Shown one piece after another: positions 44,471 through 54,397 of a stretch of DNA of 64,000 nt (its first letter is position 1; the number at the start of each line of letters is the position of its first letter). A model generated the notes under the pieces. That model was not told the DNA's origin, made no database searches, and worked only from the letters and a program-made list of their open reading frames with translations. The translations under genes were made by a program, and so were the position numbers. The DNA comes from Oscillospiraceae bacterium (GTDB lineage Bacteria > Bacillota > Clostridia > Oscillospirales > Oscillospiraceae). The stretch covers positions 1,182-65,181 of the forward strand of contig CAJGCI010000002.1 of assembly GCA_904501855.1 (NCBI GenBank). Reading direction: 5' to 3'.

Positions 44471-45541
44471 TTATAAAATGATCAGCTGTTTCGGCGCTTC
44501 CGTGATCACTTCCGCATGATCCCTGCGCAGTATCATGACATCTTCGATTCGAACACCGAACCGGCCGGGAAGATAGATCCCCGGTTCCGCCGACACCACG
44601 GCGCCCTCCGGCATGATAGTCTGAGATCTCGGCATTGCATTGGGTGCCTCATGGATATCCAGACCCAAACTGTGTCCGAAGCTGTGCCCGAAATACGCTC
44701 CGTATCCGGCATTGTCTATTACATCTCGTGCCGCCTTGTCGATCTCTGCTCCGGTAATGCCTGCCCTGGCATTTTCGATTCCCCGCAGCTGTGCCTCCAG
44801 CACGATCTCATAGATTTTTTTCATCTCATCCGTCACGTGTCCCACCGCAACGGTCCTGGTCATATCCGAACAATATCCTCCTTTGAGGCACCCGAAGTCC
44901 ATGGTGACGAAATCTCCGTCCTGGACGGCCACATCTCCGGGAACCCCGTGGGGCATACTGGTCTTTTTTCCGGTGATGGAAATGGTATCGAAGGAGTTGC
45001 CTTCCGCACCGTATTTCATCATCCGGTAGTTCAACTCTGCTGCGATCTCGCGCTCTGTGATTCCGGGCCGGATGAGGCCAAGAACATCTTCCAGTGCTCG
45101 CTCCGAAATCTTCTGCGCAGCTCTCATGTATTCCAGCTCATCTTCCGATTTGGAGGCTCTGAGATCCTGAAAGATTTTCTGTGCCGGGATCATATGCAGG
45201 CCAAGGACTTCTTCATAACGGAGATACTCCTGATAGGAAAGCTTTTCCTCTTCCGCGCCCAGTTTTTCGATCTTCTCCTTCTGAAGAATCTCCTGAATAC
45301 ACGGAACGAGACGGCGTTCCTGTCCGAAAAGGATTACCTGTGTACGCTCCGATACGGCATGCTCCGCCGCTTCGACGTATCTGGAATCCGTAATGAGATA
45401 GGCATGTTCTCTTGTGACGATCACGGCGCCGTCTGTAAAGGCAAACCCTGTTGCGTAACGCTGATTTTTTTCATCGGTGATCAGTACCGCGTCCAGTTCT
45501 CTCTCCTGCAGTTTATTCTGTATCTCTCTAATCTTGTCCAT
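44471..45541 (-). CDS. M24 family Xaa-Pro aminopeptidase
   Basis: Creatinase/prolidase N-domain plus pita-bread metal ligands (DFG...D, HSFGHSLG, EPG, IED). The peptidase-efp synteny is common in Firmicutes. Confidence 0.88.
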   Translation of the reverse strand: MDKIREIQNKLQERELDAVLITDEKNQRYATGFAFTDGAVIVTREHAYLITDSRYVEAAEHAVSERTQVILFGQERRLVPCIQEILQKEKIEKLGAEEEKLSYQEYLRYEEVLGLHMIPAQKIFQDLRASKSEDELEYMRAAQKISERALEDVLGLIRPGITEREIAAELNYRMMKYGAEGNSFDTISITGKKTSMPHGVPGDVAVQDGDFVTMDFGCLKGGYCSDMTRTVAVGHVTDEMKKIYEIVLEAQLRGIENARAGITGAEIDKAARDVIDNAGYGAYFGHSFGHSLGLDIHEAPNAMPRSQTIMPEGAVVSAEPGIYLPGRFGVRIEDVMILRRDHAEVITEAPKQLIIL

Positions 45542-47015
45542 TGAAAAATCCTTCTTCGATAGTCTCTTTTGTTGCGGTACAGGGAGGTCCTTTCGGCAGG
45601 GTCACGATGAATCGTGTTCCCTGCGGCTCCACATCTTCCACATCGATGGTTCCCCGGTGCTGAATCACTGCATCATGCGCAATGCTGAGCCCCAGACCGC
45701 TGCCTCCGGCTTCTCTGGACCGGGCTTTGTCGACACGATAAAACCGGTGGAAGATGGATTCCCGTTCGTTCTCCGGGATTCCGATTCCCGTATCTTCCAC
45801 TTCCATGCGAATCCGGTCTCCGGCGGTGCGCAGCGTTACCGTAACTTTCCCATTTGGTACGTTGTATTTGATCGCGTTTTCCACCAGATTGAACACGACA
45901 TGATAAAGATCATTTTCCGTGGCCAATACGATGCTGTCCGGTTCGAGATCCAGCCGAATCTCCACATTCTGCTCGGACGACAGCGGCTTCAGGAGCGCGA
46001 CGGCCTCTTCGGTCACCTTCGTCATGTTTACCGGCACCGAGTTTCCGGCTGTTCCATCATCCAGCCTGCTCAGATCCAGCAGTTCCTCCGTCATTTTCTG
46101 GAGTCGGTTGCTTTCGTGTACGATATCGGCGACAAATTCCCGGATCGTCTCCTCGTCCATATTCTCATTCTGAACGATACTGTCTGCAAGCAATGTAATC
46201 GCAGCAATCGGCGTTTTCAGTTCGTGGGAGGCATCGGAAACAAATTGTCTGCGCTGTTTCTCCGTGGTCTCCAGCCTCTGCGTCAGGCGGTTAAATTCCC
46301 TTCCGAGTTCCGCCACTTCGTCTTCTCCCTCTGTGAGGAATCTCTGGGAATAGTCTCCCTCTGCAACTTTCTTCGTCATTTCCGCCAGCGTTACGATGCG
46401 CTTGGTAAGAAGGCTCGTCATCAGAATATCCGCCAGCAGAGCAAGTATGCATATAAATGCGGAAATCGTCCGGATCCTGCTCTGGATCCCGGTGATGATT
46501 CCTGCCTGTTCCTCGTCCTTTTCGTCCAGATATACTGCTCCGACCACTTTTGCATCCCGGAGGATGGGCACCGCAACGTGGCTGAAAAAAGCCTCGCTGG
46601 TGAAACGGGAATAAAAAGAGGTCTTTCCTTCCATTGCACGGGCAATCGCTTTTATCTCCGGCTGCTGTCCGGTCTGGTTTTCCTCTGCGGCAGAGTCATA
46701 AAGGACCCGGCCTTTCTCATTGGTCACCAGAACTCTTTCATAATTGTCCAGCTCCAGCAGATTCAGAACCTCTGCGATACTCTCCCGGGAAAGGTGGTCC
46801 AGTGAGGCCAGGGAGGATGCTGCTGTACCCGCCTGGTTTGTCATCGCAGTCTGTTTTTCGGAAAAGACCAGATCGCGGGAAGAACGGATGGGATAGGAGT
46901 TGAGCAGTGCCAGCAGAATCACTACAAGGGCGGTCGTCAGTCCGACGAACTTGAACCGCACACCGGTAAGGTGTTTCCGGATGTTTCGCTTTGCCTCATC
47001 TTTTTTATTCTGCAA
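45528..47015 (-). CDS. Sensor histidine kinase (two TM segments, HAMP, HisKA, HATPase_c)
   Basis: H-box SHELKTPIAAI, N-box NLVENAIKY, G1 DTGIGI and G2 GSGLGLSI. Confidence 0.9.
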   Translation of the reverse strand: MQNKKDEAKRNIRKHLTGVRFKFVGLTTALVVILLALLNSYPIRSSRDLVFSEKQTAMTNQAGTAASSLASLDHLSRESIAEVLNLLELDNYERVLVTNEKGRVLYDSAAEENQTGQQPEIKAIARAMEGKTSFYSRFTSEAFFSHVAVPILRDAKVVGAVYLDEKDEEQAGIITGIQSRIRTISAFICILALLADILMTSLLTKRIVTLAEMTKKVAEGDYSQRFLTEGEDEVAELGREFNRLTQRLETTEKQRRQFVSDASHELKTPIAAITLLADSIVQNENMDEETIREFVADIVHESNRLQKMTEELLDLSRLDDGTAGNSVPVNMTKVTEEAVALLKPLSSEQNVEIRLDLEPDSIVLATENDLYHVVFNLVENAIKYNVPNGKVTVTLRTAGDRIRMEVEDTGIGIPENERESIFHRFYRVDKARSREAGGSGLGLSIAHDAVIQHRGTIDVEDVEPQGTRFIVTLPKGPPCTATKETIEEGFFNGQD

Positions 47016-47691
47016 AGTGATATCCCACCCCCCGTTTTGTGATTATGTATCTGGGATGAGCAGGGTCCCGCTCCAGCTTTTCTCTCAAGCGGCGGACGTG
47101 AACGTCGACCGTTCGGATCTCTCCCTGATAGTCGTATTCCCATACCATGCTGAGAAGCTGTTCGCGGGAGTACACAATTCCCGGATGTTCCATCAGAAAT
47201 TCCAAAAGATCAAATTCTTTCAGCGTCAGCTCCACGGGCTGTCCGTTTTTCTCTACAAAACGGGTCTTGGGTGTCAGTGACAGCTCTCCGAAGCGAAGGA
47301 CGCGCTCGCCTTCTTTCGCCGCGGTGGCCACAATTCCCGCCCGTCGAATCAGCGCCCTGACACGGGCTTTCAGTTCCATGATGCTGAAAGGCTTTGTAAT
47401 ATAATCATCCGCTCCGGATTCAAAACCGAGCAGTTTGTCGGATTCCTCTCCCTTCGCGGTAAGCATGATCACCGGAACCGTGGAAAATGTGCGTATCTCG
47501 CGGCAGGCCTGCAATCCATCCTTTTTCGGCATCATCAGATCCAGAATGATGAGATCATATTCGGTCTGTTTTGCCTGCAGTATCGCGGCTTCCCCATCAT
47601 ACGCGACATCCACTTCGTATCCCTCGGTCTGAAGGTTGAACTTGATTCCTTTTACAAATGCTTTTTCATCATCGACTACCAATATTTTCAA
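47005..47691 (-). CDS. OmpR/PhoB-family response regulator
   Basis: Receiver domain (ILVVDDE, LIILDLMMP, MLTAK) plus a winged-helix C-terminus (RTVDVHVRRLREKL...GVGY). Confidence 0.92.
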   Translation of the reverse strand: MKILVVDDEKAFVKGIKFNLQTEGYEVDVAYDGEAAILQAKQTEYDLIILDLMMPKKDGLQACREIRTFSTVPVIMLTAKGEESDKLLGFESGADDYITKPFSIMELKARVRALIRRAGIVATAAKEGERVLRFGELSLTPKTRFVEKNGQPVELTLKEFDLLEFLMEHPGIVYSREQLLSMVWEYDYQGEIRTVDVHVRRLREKLERDPAHPRYIITKRGVGYHFAE

Positions 47692-47820
47692 ACAAGTCCC
47701 ACCTTTCTCCTCTCAAGGAATACTGTTCCACACGTTGCTTTTCGTCCAGATAATACATATAATAAATTCATATGTATGGTTATTATATAACATAACCCTG
47801 AAAATTTGGAGTAATTATCG

Positions 47821-49458
47821 ATGGTAAAATCACTAAAACCCATTATCGTCCTGCTTCTGTTGAGTTTTTGCCTTTGGTTCCTCCAGCCGGTAATCCACGT
47901 CTGGGCAGAGCCGGATTCCGAGGCTGTCACGGAATCAGCAGAATCCGACGCGGAGGAAAAAGACGAGGAGTCGGAAGAGGAGGACGAGGCGGAGGAGAAG
48001 GCCGAAACCAACGAGGACGGTCTTACCATGCCGACCCTGAATTCCAAAAGCATCCTTCTTATGGACCGTGATTCGGGAAAGATTCTTTATTCCCGCAACC
48101 CCGACAAAAAGATGGAGCCGGCAAGTCTTACCAAGATCGTTACCTGTCTGCTTGCCGTAGAGGCCATTGAGGCCGGAACCATTTCCGAAGACGAAAAGTT
48201 CGAGGCGTCCAAGCACTGTCTGGACGGACTGGATGAGGAATCTTCATCCACCGGAATCGTTCCCGGCGAGCGGCTTACCATGAAGGAACTGCTTTACTGC
48301 GCCCTTCTGGGTTCTGCCGGAGAGGCCTGCAATATCATTGCGGAAGCGCTTGCTGGCAGCATTTCGGATTTCGTCGACGAGATGAATGAATGGGTACTGG
48401 ATCTGGGTTGTACCGGAACACATTTTGTCAACACCCACGGAATGCCGGCAAATGATCACTATTCCACTGCCAGTGATATGATGCTCATCTCTGAGGAGGC
48501 CATGGGTCATCCGATGTTTGCAGAAATCTGCAATACTCCCTCCTATACGGTTCCCTCAACGAACAAAGCTGACGAGCGAGTCATATACAATTCCAACGCA
48601 CTTATCAGTTCTCAGGGTATTTACGGCGGCAATTTCCTATACAGCAATGCTTCCGGCATCAAAACCGGGCATACCACAGCGGCGGGATATTGTCTTTCCT
48701 CTACCGCGGAGAAAGACGGCGTCCGGCTGATGTGTGTCGTTCTTGGCGGCGGAACTTCCCTTCGGGATGACATGGCGACGGACTTTCAGAATTTCTCTGA
48801 TACCATCCACCTGTATGACTGGGCATTCGAAAACTACTCCTATTACACGGTCCTCCATTCCGATGATCTGGTAAAAGAGATCTCTCTTCTGTATGCGCCG
48901 TCCGATGCCTCCACGGTCACACTGCATCCGGACAAGGATCTTTCCGTTCTTCTTCCTTCCAATGTGAATCCCGAGGATTTTGAGTTGCGGATCTCGCTGT
49001 ATGAAGAAAATCCTGCCGCCCCGGTGGATGCCGGTCAGGCGATGGGAGATGTTACGGTCTCTCTGAACGGTGTGGATTACGGAAAAGCCAAACTGTTGAC
49101 AACTTCGTCGGTTGACGTTTCTCAGTCTCAGATCCTAAAGGCGCAGCTCCGGAAGGCATTCGGACACACCTGGCTCTGGCTCCTCCTTCTGATCATCCTG
49201 CTCTTCATTCTTCTCTATGCCTTTATGGTGATAAATTACCGCCGCAAGCGGCAGAGACAATTGCAGAGAAAGCGTCAACAGGCGCAGGCCAGAGTGCAGC
49301 AGAAAACACAGCATGCGCGGAATCAGATGGCTCCCCGAACCGGAAAGATGCGGGATTACGATTCCTCCGGAAGACCAAAAGATCCCAACGCAGAAAAGCA
49401 CGACTATTTTGAAGAATTCTTCCGGAATGAAGAAAAAATGAATAAGAAGCGGCATTGA
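47821..49458 (+). CDS. Serine-type D-alanyl-D-alanine carboxypeptidase (PBP5-like) with an acidic N-terminal spacer and C-terminal TM/basic tail
   Basis: Signal peptide, then PASLTKI (SxxK), YNSNAL (SxN-like) and IKTGHT (KTG). One C-terminal TM segment is followed by an RRKRQRQLQRKRQQ tail. Confidence 0.88.
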   Translation: MVKSLKPIIVLLLLSFCLWFLQPVIHVWAEPDSEAVTESAESDAEEKDEESEEEDEAEEKAETNEDGLTMPTLNSKSILLMDRDSGKILYSRNPDKKMEPASLTKIVTCLLAVEAIEAGTISEDEKFEASKHCLDGLDEESSSTGIVPGERLTMKELLYCALLGSAGEACNIIAEALAGSISDFVDEMNEWVLDLGCTGTHFVNTHGMPANDHYSTASDMMLISEEAMGHPMFAEICNTPSYTVPSTNKADERVIYNSNALISSQGIYGGNFLYSNASGIKTGHTTAAGYCLSSTAEKDGVRLMCVVLGGGTSLRDDMATDFQNFSDTIHLYDWAFENYSYYTVLHSDDLVKEISLLYAPSDASTVTLHPDKDLSVLLPSNVNPEDFELRISLYEENPAAPVDAGQAMGDVTVSLNGVDYGKAKLLTTSSVDVSQSQILKAQLRKAFGHTWLWLLLLIILLFILLYAFMVINYRRKRQRQLQRKRQQAQARVQQKTQHARNQMAPRTGKMRDYDSSGRPKDPNAEKHDYFEEFFRNEEKMNKKRH

Positions 49459-49474
49459 TTCCGTTGTTTTTTAA

Positions 49475-49505
49475 GGGCAGGCTTTTCGAGGCCTGCTCTT
49501 CTTAT
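49475..49505 (+). terminator. Weak terminator-like hairpin after the carboxypeptidase gene
   Basis: gggcaggc-loop-gcctgctc (8 bp, one mismatch) followed by ttcttat. Confidence 0.35.
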
Positions 49506-49616
49506 GTCCGTTTCTTCTGCGGGGTTTGCAATCTTTGCCCAGATATGCTAATATCCATTTTTGTGTGTAAGAAATAATGGAACAAAATTCATGCTGCAGG
49601 AAGGGATGCAACTACT

Positions 49617-51437
49617 ATGTCACAAATCCGAAATGTTGCTATTATCGCCCACGTCGACCATGGCAAGACGACACTGGTTGACGAGATGTTAAAGCAGTCT
49701 GGTGTATATCGTGAAAACCAGGAGATTGTCGAGCGCGTCATGGACTCCAACGATCTGGAGCGGGAGCGCGGAATCACCATCATGGCTAAAAACACCGCAG
49801 TCACTTACGGCGACACGAAAATAAACATCGTTGACACCCCGGGCCACGCCGATTTCGGCGGTGAAGTGGAACGGATTCTGAAGATGGTCAATGGAGTTAT
49901 TCTGCTGGTGGATGCCGCAGAGGGCCCCATGCCTCAGACCCGTTTCGTTCTGAGCCGTGCTCTGGAACTGGGACATCGGGTCATCGTCGTCATCAACAAG
50001 ATCGACCGTCCGGACCAGCGCGTCCACGAAGTGATCGATGAGGTTCTGGAACTTCTTATTGACCTTAATGCTACTGATGAGCAGCTGGACTCTCCCATGC
50101 TGTTCTGTTCCGGCCGTCAGGGTACTGCAAGCTACTCTCCCGACGTGATCGGCACGGATCTGAAACCGCTGTTTGAAACAATTCTTGAATATATCCCCGA
50201 ACCGGAGCGAAATCTCGATGCTCCGTTCCAGATGCTCGTCTCCAACATCGACTATAACGAGTTTGTCGGACGAATCGCCATCGGCCTGATCCAGCGCGGA
50301 ACGATCCATCAGAACCAGGAGATCGAGGTCAGCAATTTCCACACCCCTGACGAGGCGCCTCGCAAGGCAAAGGCGGTCTCCCTTTATGAGTTTGACGGAC
50401 TGGAGCGCAACCCCGTAACGGAAAGCTCTGCCGGGAACATCATTGCAATGAGCGGAATCGGTGACGTGACCATTGGAGATACGATCTGTGAAAAGGGACA
50501 GTCGGAAGCGCTTCCCTTTGTAAAGATTTCAGAACCGACGCTGGAAATGACCTTCTCTGTCAACGACTCTCCTTTCGCCGGAAGAGAAGGTAAATTCGTC
50601 ACCTCACGTCAGATTCGCGACCGTCTGTTCCGTGAGACCCTGAAAGATGTTTCTCTCCGTGTCTCGGAGATTGAAAATGCCACCGACAGTTTTGCGGTTG
50701 CCGGACGCGGCGAGATGAGTCTTTCCATTCTCATCGAGACCATGCGTCGGGAAGGATATGAATTTCAGGTCTCTCCTCCCCGTGTACTGTATCGAACAAT
50801 CGACGGCCAGCAGTGTGAACCCATCGAACGGGTCGTCGTAGACGTCCCTCAGGAATATGTCGGCTCCGTCATTGAAAAGCTTGGCTCCCGTAAAGGAGAG
50901 CTGCTGGAAATGACGCCGGTCGGAAAGCGTTCAAAAGTGGAGTTCCTTGTCCCGTCCCGCGGTCTGTTCGGATATCGCAACGAATTTCTCACGGACACAA
51001 AGGGCGAGGGGATCCTGGCATCTGTGTTTGAAAAATATGAACCGTACAAAGGAGATATCTCCCGCCGCAATTCCGGTTCTCTGATCGCCTACGAGACCGG
51101 CGAGAGCGTGACCTATGGTCTGTTTGCCGCGCAGGACCGCGGCGCGCTGTTCATTGGCCCCGGCGTGCCGGTGTACGGCGGAATGATCGTGGGGCAGTGT
51201 CCGAAACAGGAAGATATCACGGTCAACGTGTGCAAGAAAAAACAGCTGACGAACACCCGAGCCTCCGGCAGCGACGAAGCGCTTCGTCTGGTTCCTCCCA
51301 GAAGACTGAGTTTGGAACAGTGTCTGGAATTTCTGGCAGATGACGAGCTTCTGGAGGTCACACCGGAAAATCTCCGTCTGAGAAAAAGCATACTGAACCA
51401 CGAAAAACGCATGAAGACCCTGATGCGCAACCGTTAA
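49617..51437 (+). CDS. typA: Translational GTPase TypA/BipA
   Basis: [25 protein letters not shown] and NKID G-motifs. 606 aa with EF-G-like domain order. Confidence 0.95.
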   Translation: MSQIRNVAIIAHVDHGKTTLVDEMLKQSGVYRENQEIVERVMDSNDLERERGITIMAKNTAVTYGDTKINIVDTPGHADFGGEVERILKMVNGVILLVDAAEGPMPQTRFVLSRALELGHRVIVVINKIDRPDQRVHEVIDEVLELLIDLNATDEQLDSPMLFCSGRQGTASYSPDVIGTDLKPLFETILEYIPEPERNLDAPFQMLVSNIDYNEFVGRIAIGLIQRGTIHQNQEIEVSNFHTPDEAPRKAKAVSLYEFDGLERNPVTESSAGNIIAMSGIGDVTIGDTICEKGQSEALPFVKISEPTLEMTFSVNDSPFAGREGKFVTSRQIRDRLFRETLKDVSLRVSEIENATDSFAVAGRGEMSLSILIETMRREGYEFQVSPPRVLYRTIDGQQCEPIERVVVDVPQEYVGSVIEKLGSRKGELLEMTPVGKRSKVEFLVPSRGLFGYRNEFLTDTKGEGILASVFEKYEPYKGDISRRNSGSLIAYETGESVTYGLFAAQDRGALFIGPGVPVYGGMIVGQCPKQEDITVNVCKKKQLTNTRASGSDEALRLVPPRRLSLEQCLEFLADDELLEVTPENLRLRKSILNHEKRMKTLMRNR

Positions 51438-51442
51438 CAAGC

Positions 51443-51486
51443 AAAAATCTGCACCATCAAAATCGATGGTGCAGATTTATTTTTTG
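51443..51486. terminator. Bidirectional terminator between typA and the hypothetical gene
   Basis: Perfect 14-bp stem aaatctgcaccatc/gatggtgcagattt followed by a T-run. Confidence 0.8.
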
Positions 51487-51493
51487 TTTAAGA

Positions 51494-52144
51494 TCAGCCT
51501 CGGAACCCAGTCGGCATGACGCTGTGCGCACGCATGGCGACCTGATAGGTCTGATTCTGTCTGCGCACCCGGTTTGCCTCGTCATAATCAAAAGAGGGAT
51601 CGGTGATAAACACCTGCTTTACACCGAGCACACGGGGATTTTTCTTCATTTCTGCGATATAGCTGTTTCCAAGCTGCCGGAAGCTGACGCCTCTTTTCTG
51701 GACTTCCCGGGAAATAAAGAGCACTTCATATTTTCCTGCCTGAAAATTGCTTTCTTCAATGCCCTGAGGATGGATGTGATGCTTGCTGTTCTGAAGATCA
51801 AGGATCATATTGAACAGCTGGATCTCTGACAGCCCTTCATCATCCAGTACCATAAAGGTGATCCGTCCGTAGGGTGCTCCGTCCTTTACTTCGCTCATAT
51901 CCGGTCCGTACAGCAGGACCTGGTCTTCAATTCCCAGTTTGGTATCGCCTGTTGGTATCGTATAGTTTACGCCACCGGGGAGCGAGCCTCCGATATTGAT
52001 CCCATCCTGTTCCAGCAGATACACTTCATTAGAGTTTTCCAGAACATCATTCTCATCATATGCCCAGACCGTTGGCGTCATTCCCTCAAACAACGCATCG
52101 GTCTTTTTGATGATCATATCGAACAATCGATCGTATTGTACCAT
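51494..52144 (-). CDS. Hypothetical protein (216 aa, soluble)
   Basis: Long ORF with normal composition, bounded by a terminator. I recognise no motif. Confidence 0.55.
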   Translation of the reverse strand: MVQYDRLFDMIIKKTDALFEGMTPTVWAYDENDVLENSNEVYLLEQDGINIGGSLPGGVNYTIPTGDTKLGIEDQVLLYGPDMSEVKDGAPYGRITFMVLDDEGLSEIQLFNMILDLQNSKHHIHPQGIEESNFQAGKYEVLFISREVQKRGVSFRQLGNSYIAEMKKNPRVLGVKQVFITDPSFDYDEANRVRRQNQTYQVAMRAHSVMPTGFRG

Positions 52145-52220
52145 CGCTATCTCCTTCCTTCTGGATCTTGTTGCGATTATAGCGTATCTTTCAGATTGCT
52201 GTCAATTTCCCGGCCACAGA

Positions 52221-53165
52221 TTACCAGGTAGGAGATTCTTCAAACAGTGCCGTGGAGAGATATCGGTCTCCTGTATCCGGGAGCATCACGACGACTGTCT
52301 TTCCGGTATTCTCTTCTTTCTTTGCCAGTTCAATTCCGGCATACAGCGCAGCGCCGGCTGTAATTCCTACCAGAAGGCCTTCCTTTTTTCCTATGATCCG
52401 TCCGCACTCATAGGCGTCATCATCACAGACGGTAACGACTTCATCATAGATGGATGTATCCAGAACCTCCGGGACAAAACCAGCACCGATTCCCTGCAGA
52501 TTATGCGGGCCTGCCTTTTCTCCGGAGAGCACGGCAGAGGTGCTCGGTTCCACCGCTATAACCTTAACGTCTGCTTTCTTTTCTTTCAGATATTGTCCTG
52601 TGCCGGTGATTGTTCCGCCGGTGCCGACTCCTGCCACGAAGAAATCCACTTTTCCTTCCGTATCTTCCCAGATCTCCGGTCCGGTAGTCAGATAGTGTGC
52701 TTCCGCATTGGCAGGATTTACAAACTGTCCAGGAATAAAGGAGTCCGGAATCTCGTCTGCCAGTTCCTTCGCCTTTTCAATCGCTCCTGTCATTCCCTTG
52801 GCGCCCTCTGTAAGGACCAGTTCTGCGCCATATGCTTTCATCAGTTTTTTGCGCTCTTCGGACATCGTTTCCGGCATGACGATAATTGCCCGGTATCCGC
52901 GCACGGCTGCTACGACAGCCAGTCCAATTCCGGTATTTCCGGAAGTTGGCTCTATGATGACCGACCCTTTCTTCAGAAGGCCCTTCTTCTCCGCGTCATC
53001 GATGAGATTCAACGCAACACGGTCTTTTACCGATCCGCCGGGGTTGTAACTCTCCAGTTTTCCCAGCAGTCTGGCTTTCAGCTGGTATTCCTGTTCCAGT
53101 CCTTTCAGCTCCATGAGAGGGGTTTTGCCGATCAGCTGCTCTGCAGATGTATAGATCTTTCCCAT
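52221..53165 (-). CDS. cysK: Cysteine synthase A (O-acetylserine sulfhydrylase)
   Basis: NPGGSVKDR (PLP lysine), EPTSGNTGIGLA and GVGTGGTITG motifs. Confidence 0.93.
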   Translation of the reverse strand: MGKIYTSAEQLIGKTPLMELKGLEQEYQLKARLLGKLESYNPGGSVKDRVALNLIDDAEKKGLLKKGSVIIEPTSGNTGIGLAVVAAVRGYRAIIVMPETMSEERKKLMKAYGAELVLTEGAKGMTGAIEKAKELADEIPDSFIPGQFVNPANAEAHYLTTGPEIWEDTEGKVDFFVAGVGTGGTITGTGQYLKEKKADVKVIAVEPSTSAVLSGEKAGPHNLQGIGAGFVPEVLDTSIYDEVVTVCDDDAYECGRIIGKKEGLLVGITAGAALYAGIELAKKEENTGKTVVVMLPDTGDRYLSTALFEESPTW

Positions 53166-53200
53166 GATGAACTCCTTTCTCCTCTATGATTATTCCATTC

Positions 53201-54256
53201 TTACACTGTTCTTTTCGGAAGTATGGTTCCTCCTCCCAGCACAAAATCCCCGTCATACAGCACCACGCTCTGTCCCGGAGTAATGGCTCTCTGCGGCGTA
53301 TCAAAAACGATATGTGCGGAAGAGTCCCCTTCGGGATACACCGTACAGGGCTCTTCTTCATGATGATATCGGATCTTTGCCCGGCAACGCACCGGCTGCG
53401 TCGGAGCGCTTCCTGTAATCCAGTTGAACTCTTCCGCATCCAGTTCCCGGCTGAACAGTTTTTCCCGGTATCCCAGCACAACTGTGTTCTGTTCCGGATC
53501 GATCCGGCACACGTAAAGAGGTTCCGGTGCCGCAATTCCAAGTCCACGGCGCTGACCTACGGTATAGTGGATAATTCCACGGTGCGTGCCTATCACGGCG
53601 CCTTCCGTATCAACAAACGGACCCGGCCTGCTGCCTTCTTTCGTATACTCTTCAATAACTCGGGCATAATCTCCGTCCGGAACAAAACAGATATCCTGAC
53701 TGTCTTTCTGTCGGGCGTTGACAAATCCCCAGGCTTCCGCCATCTCCCGGATTTTGGTCTTTTGGTATGTGCCCAGCGGAAACCGGCTTTTCTCCAGCTG
53801 TTCCTGTGAGAGGCGATACAGCATATAGCTCTGATCTTTATTTCGGTCTTCTGCTTTCCTCAGAAGGTACGTGTCCGAATCCTTTTCTATCTGAGCATAA
53901 TGTCCAGTAACGATCTTGTCGCAACTCAGTTGCTCGGCCCGCTCCATCAGCTTTCCGAATTTCAGTTTCTTGTTGCACACGATGCACGGATTCGGTGTCT
54001 GTCCGTGAAGATACGCCTGAACGAACGAATCGATAATTTCTTTTTTAAATTCTTCCTGATAATCCTCTACGTAGAAGGGGATTCCGAGCCGTTTCGCAAC
54101 TGCTCTTGCTGCGGCAGTATCATCGGTATGTTCGACTGCGTTCTTCGGGAACAGTGACATGGTCAATCCGACACAGTCCTCACCCTGTTCCTGCATAAGG
54201 CGTACCGCAACACTGGAATCCACACCTCCGCTCATTGCTATCAATGCTTTTCCCAT
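53201..54256 (-). CDS. mnmA: tRNA 2-thiouridine(34) synthase
   Basis: PP-loop AMSGGVDSSV, catalytic-cysteine region NPCIVCN, and QDICFV. Confidence 0.93.
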   Translation of the reverse strand: MGKALIAMSGGVDSSVAVRLMQEQGEDCVGLTMSLFPKNAVEHTDDTAAARAVAKRLGIPFYVEDYQEEFKKEIIDSFVQAYLHGQTPNPCIVCNKKLKFGKLMERAEQLSCDKIVTGHYAQIEKDSDTYLLRKAEDRNKDQSYMLYRLSQEQLEKSRFPLGTYQKTKIREMAEAWGFVNARQKDSQDICFVPDGDYARVIEEYTKEGSRPGPFVDTEGAVIGTHRGIIHYTVGQRRGLGIAAPEPLYVCRIDPEQNTVVLGYREKLFSRELDAEEFNWITGSAPTQPVRCRAKIRYHHEEEPCTVYPEGDSSAHIVFDTPQRAITPGQSVVLYDGDFVLGGGTILPKRTV

Positions 54257-54289
54257 AGAATTGTCTCTTTCATTTTTCTGATTAATGGC

Positions 54290-54318
54290 ATCTTATTCCC
54301 CACAGGTTTTTCTGTCAA
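54290..54318 (-). promoter_or_regulatory. Candidate mnmA-cysK promoter
   Basis: Minus strand TTGACA - 17 nt - TAAGAT, about 35 nt upstream of the mnmA ATG. Confidence 0.55.
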
Positions 54319-54340
54319 TAGCACTCCGGAACGAGCCGTC

Positions 54341-54374
54341 AAAAAAGGAGCTGTTCCGAGGAACTGCTCCTTTT
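54341..54374 (-). terminator. Intrinsic terminator after the anti-sigma gene
   Basis: Minus strand ggagcagttcc/ggaacagctcc stem (one central mismatch) followed by tttttt. Confidence 0.65.
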
Positions 54375-54397
54375 GTCAGGACAATCTTATGTTTTGA

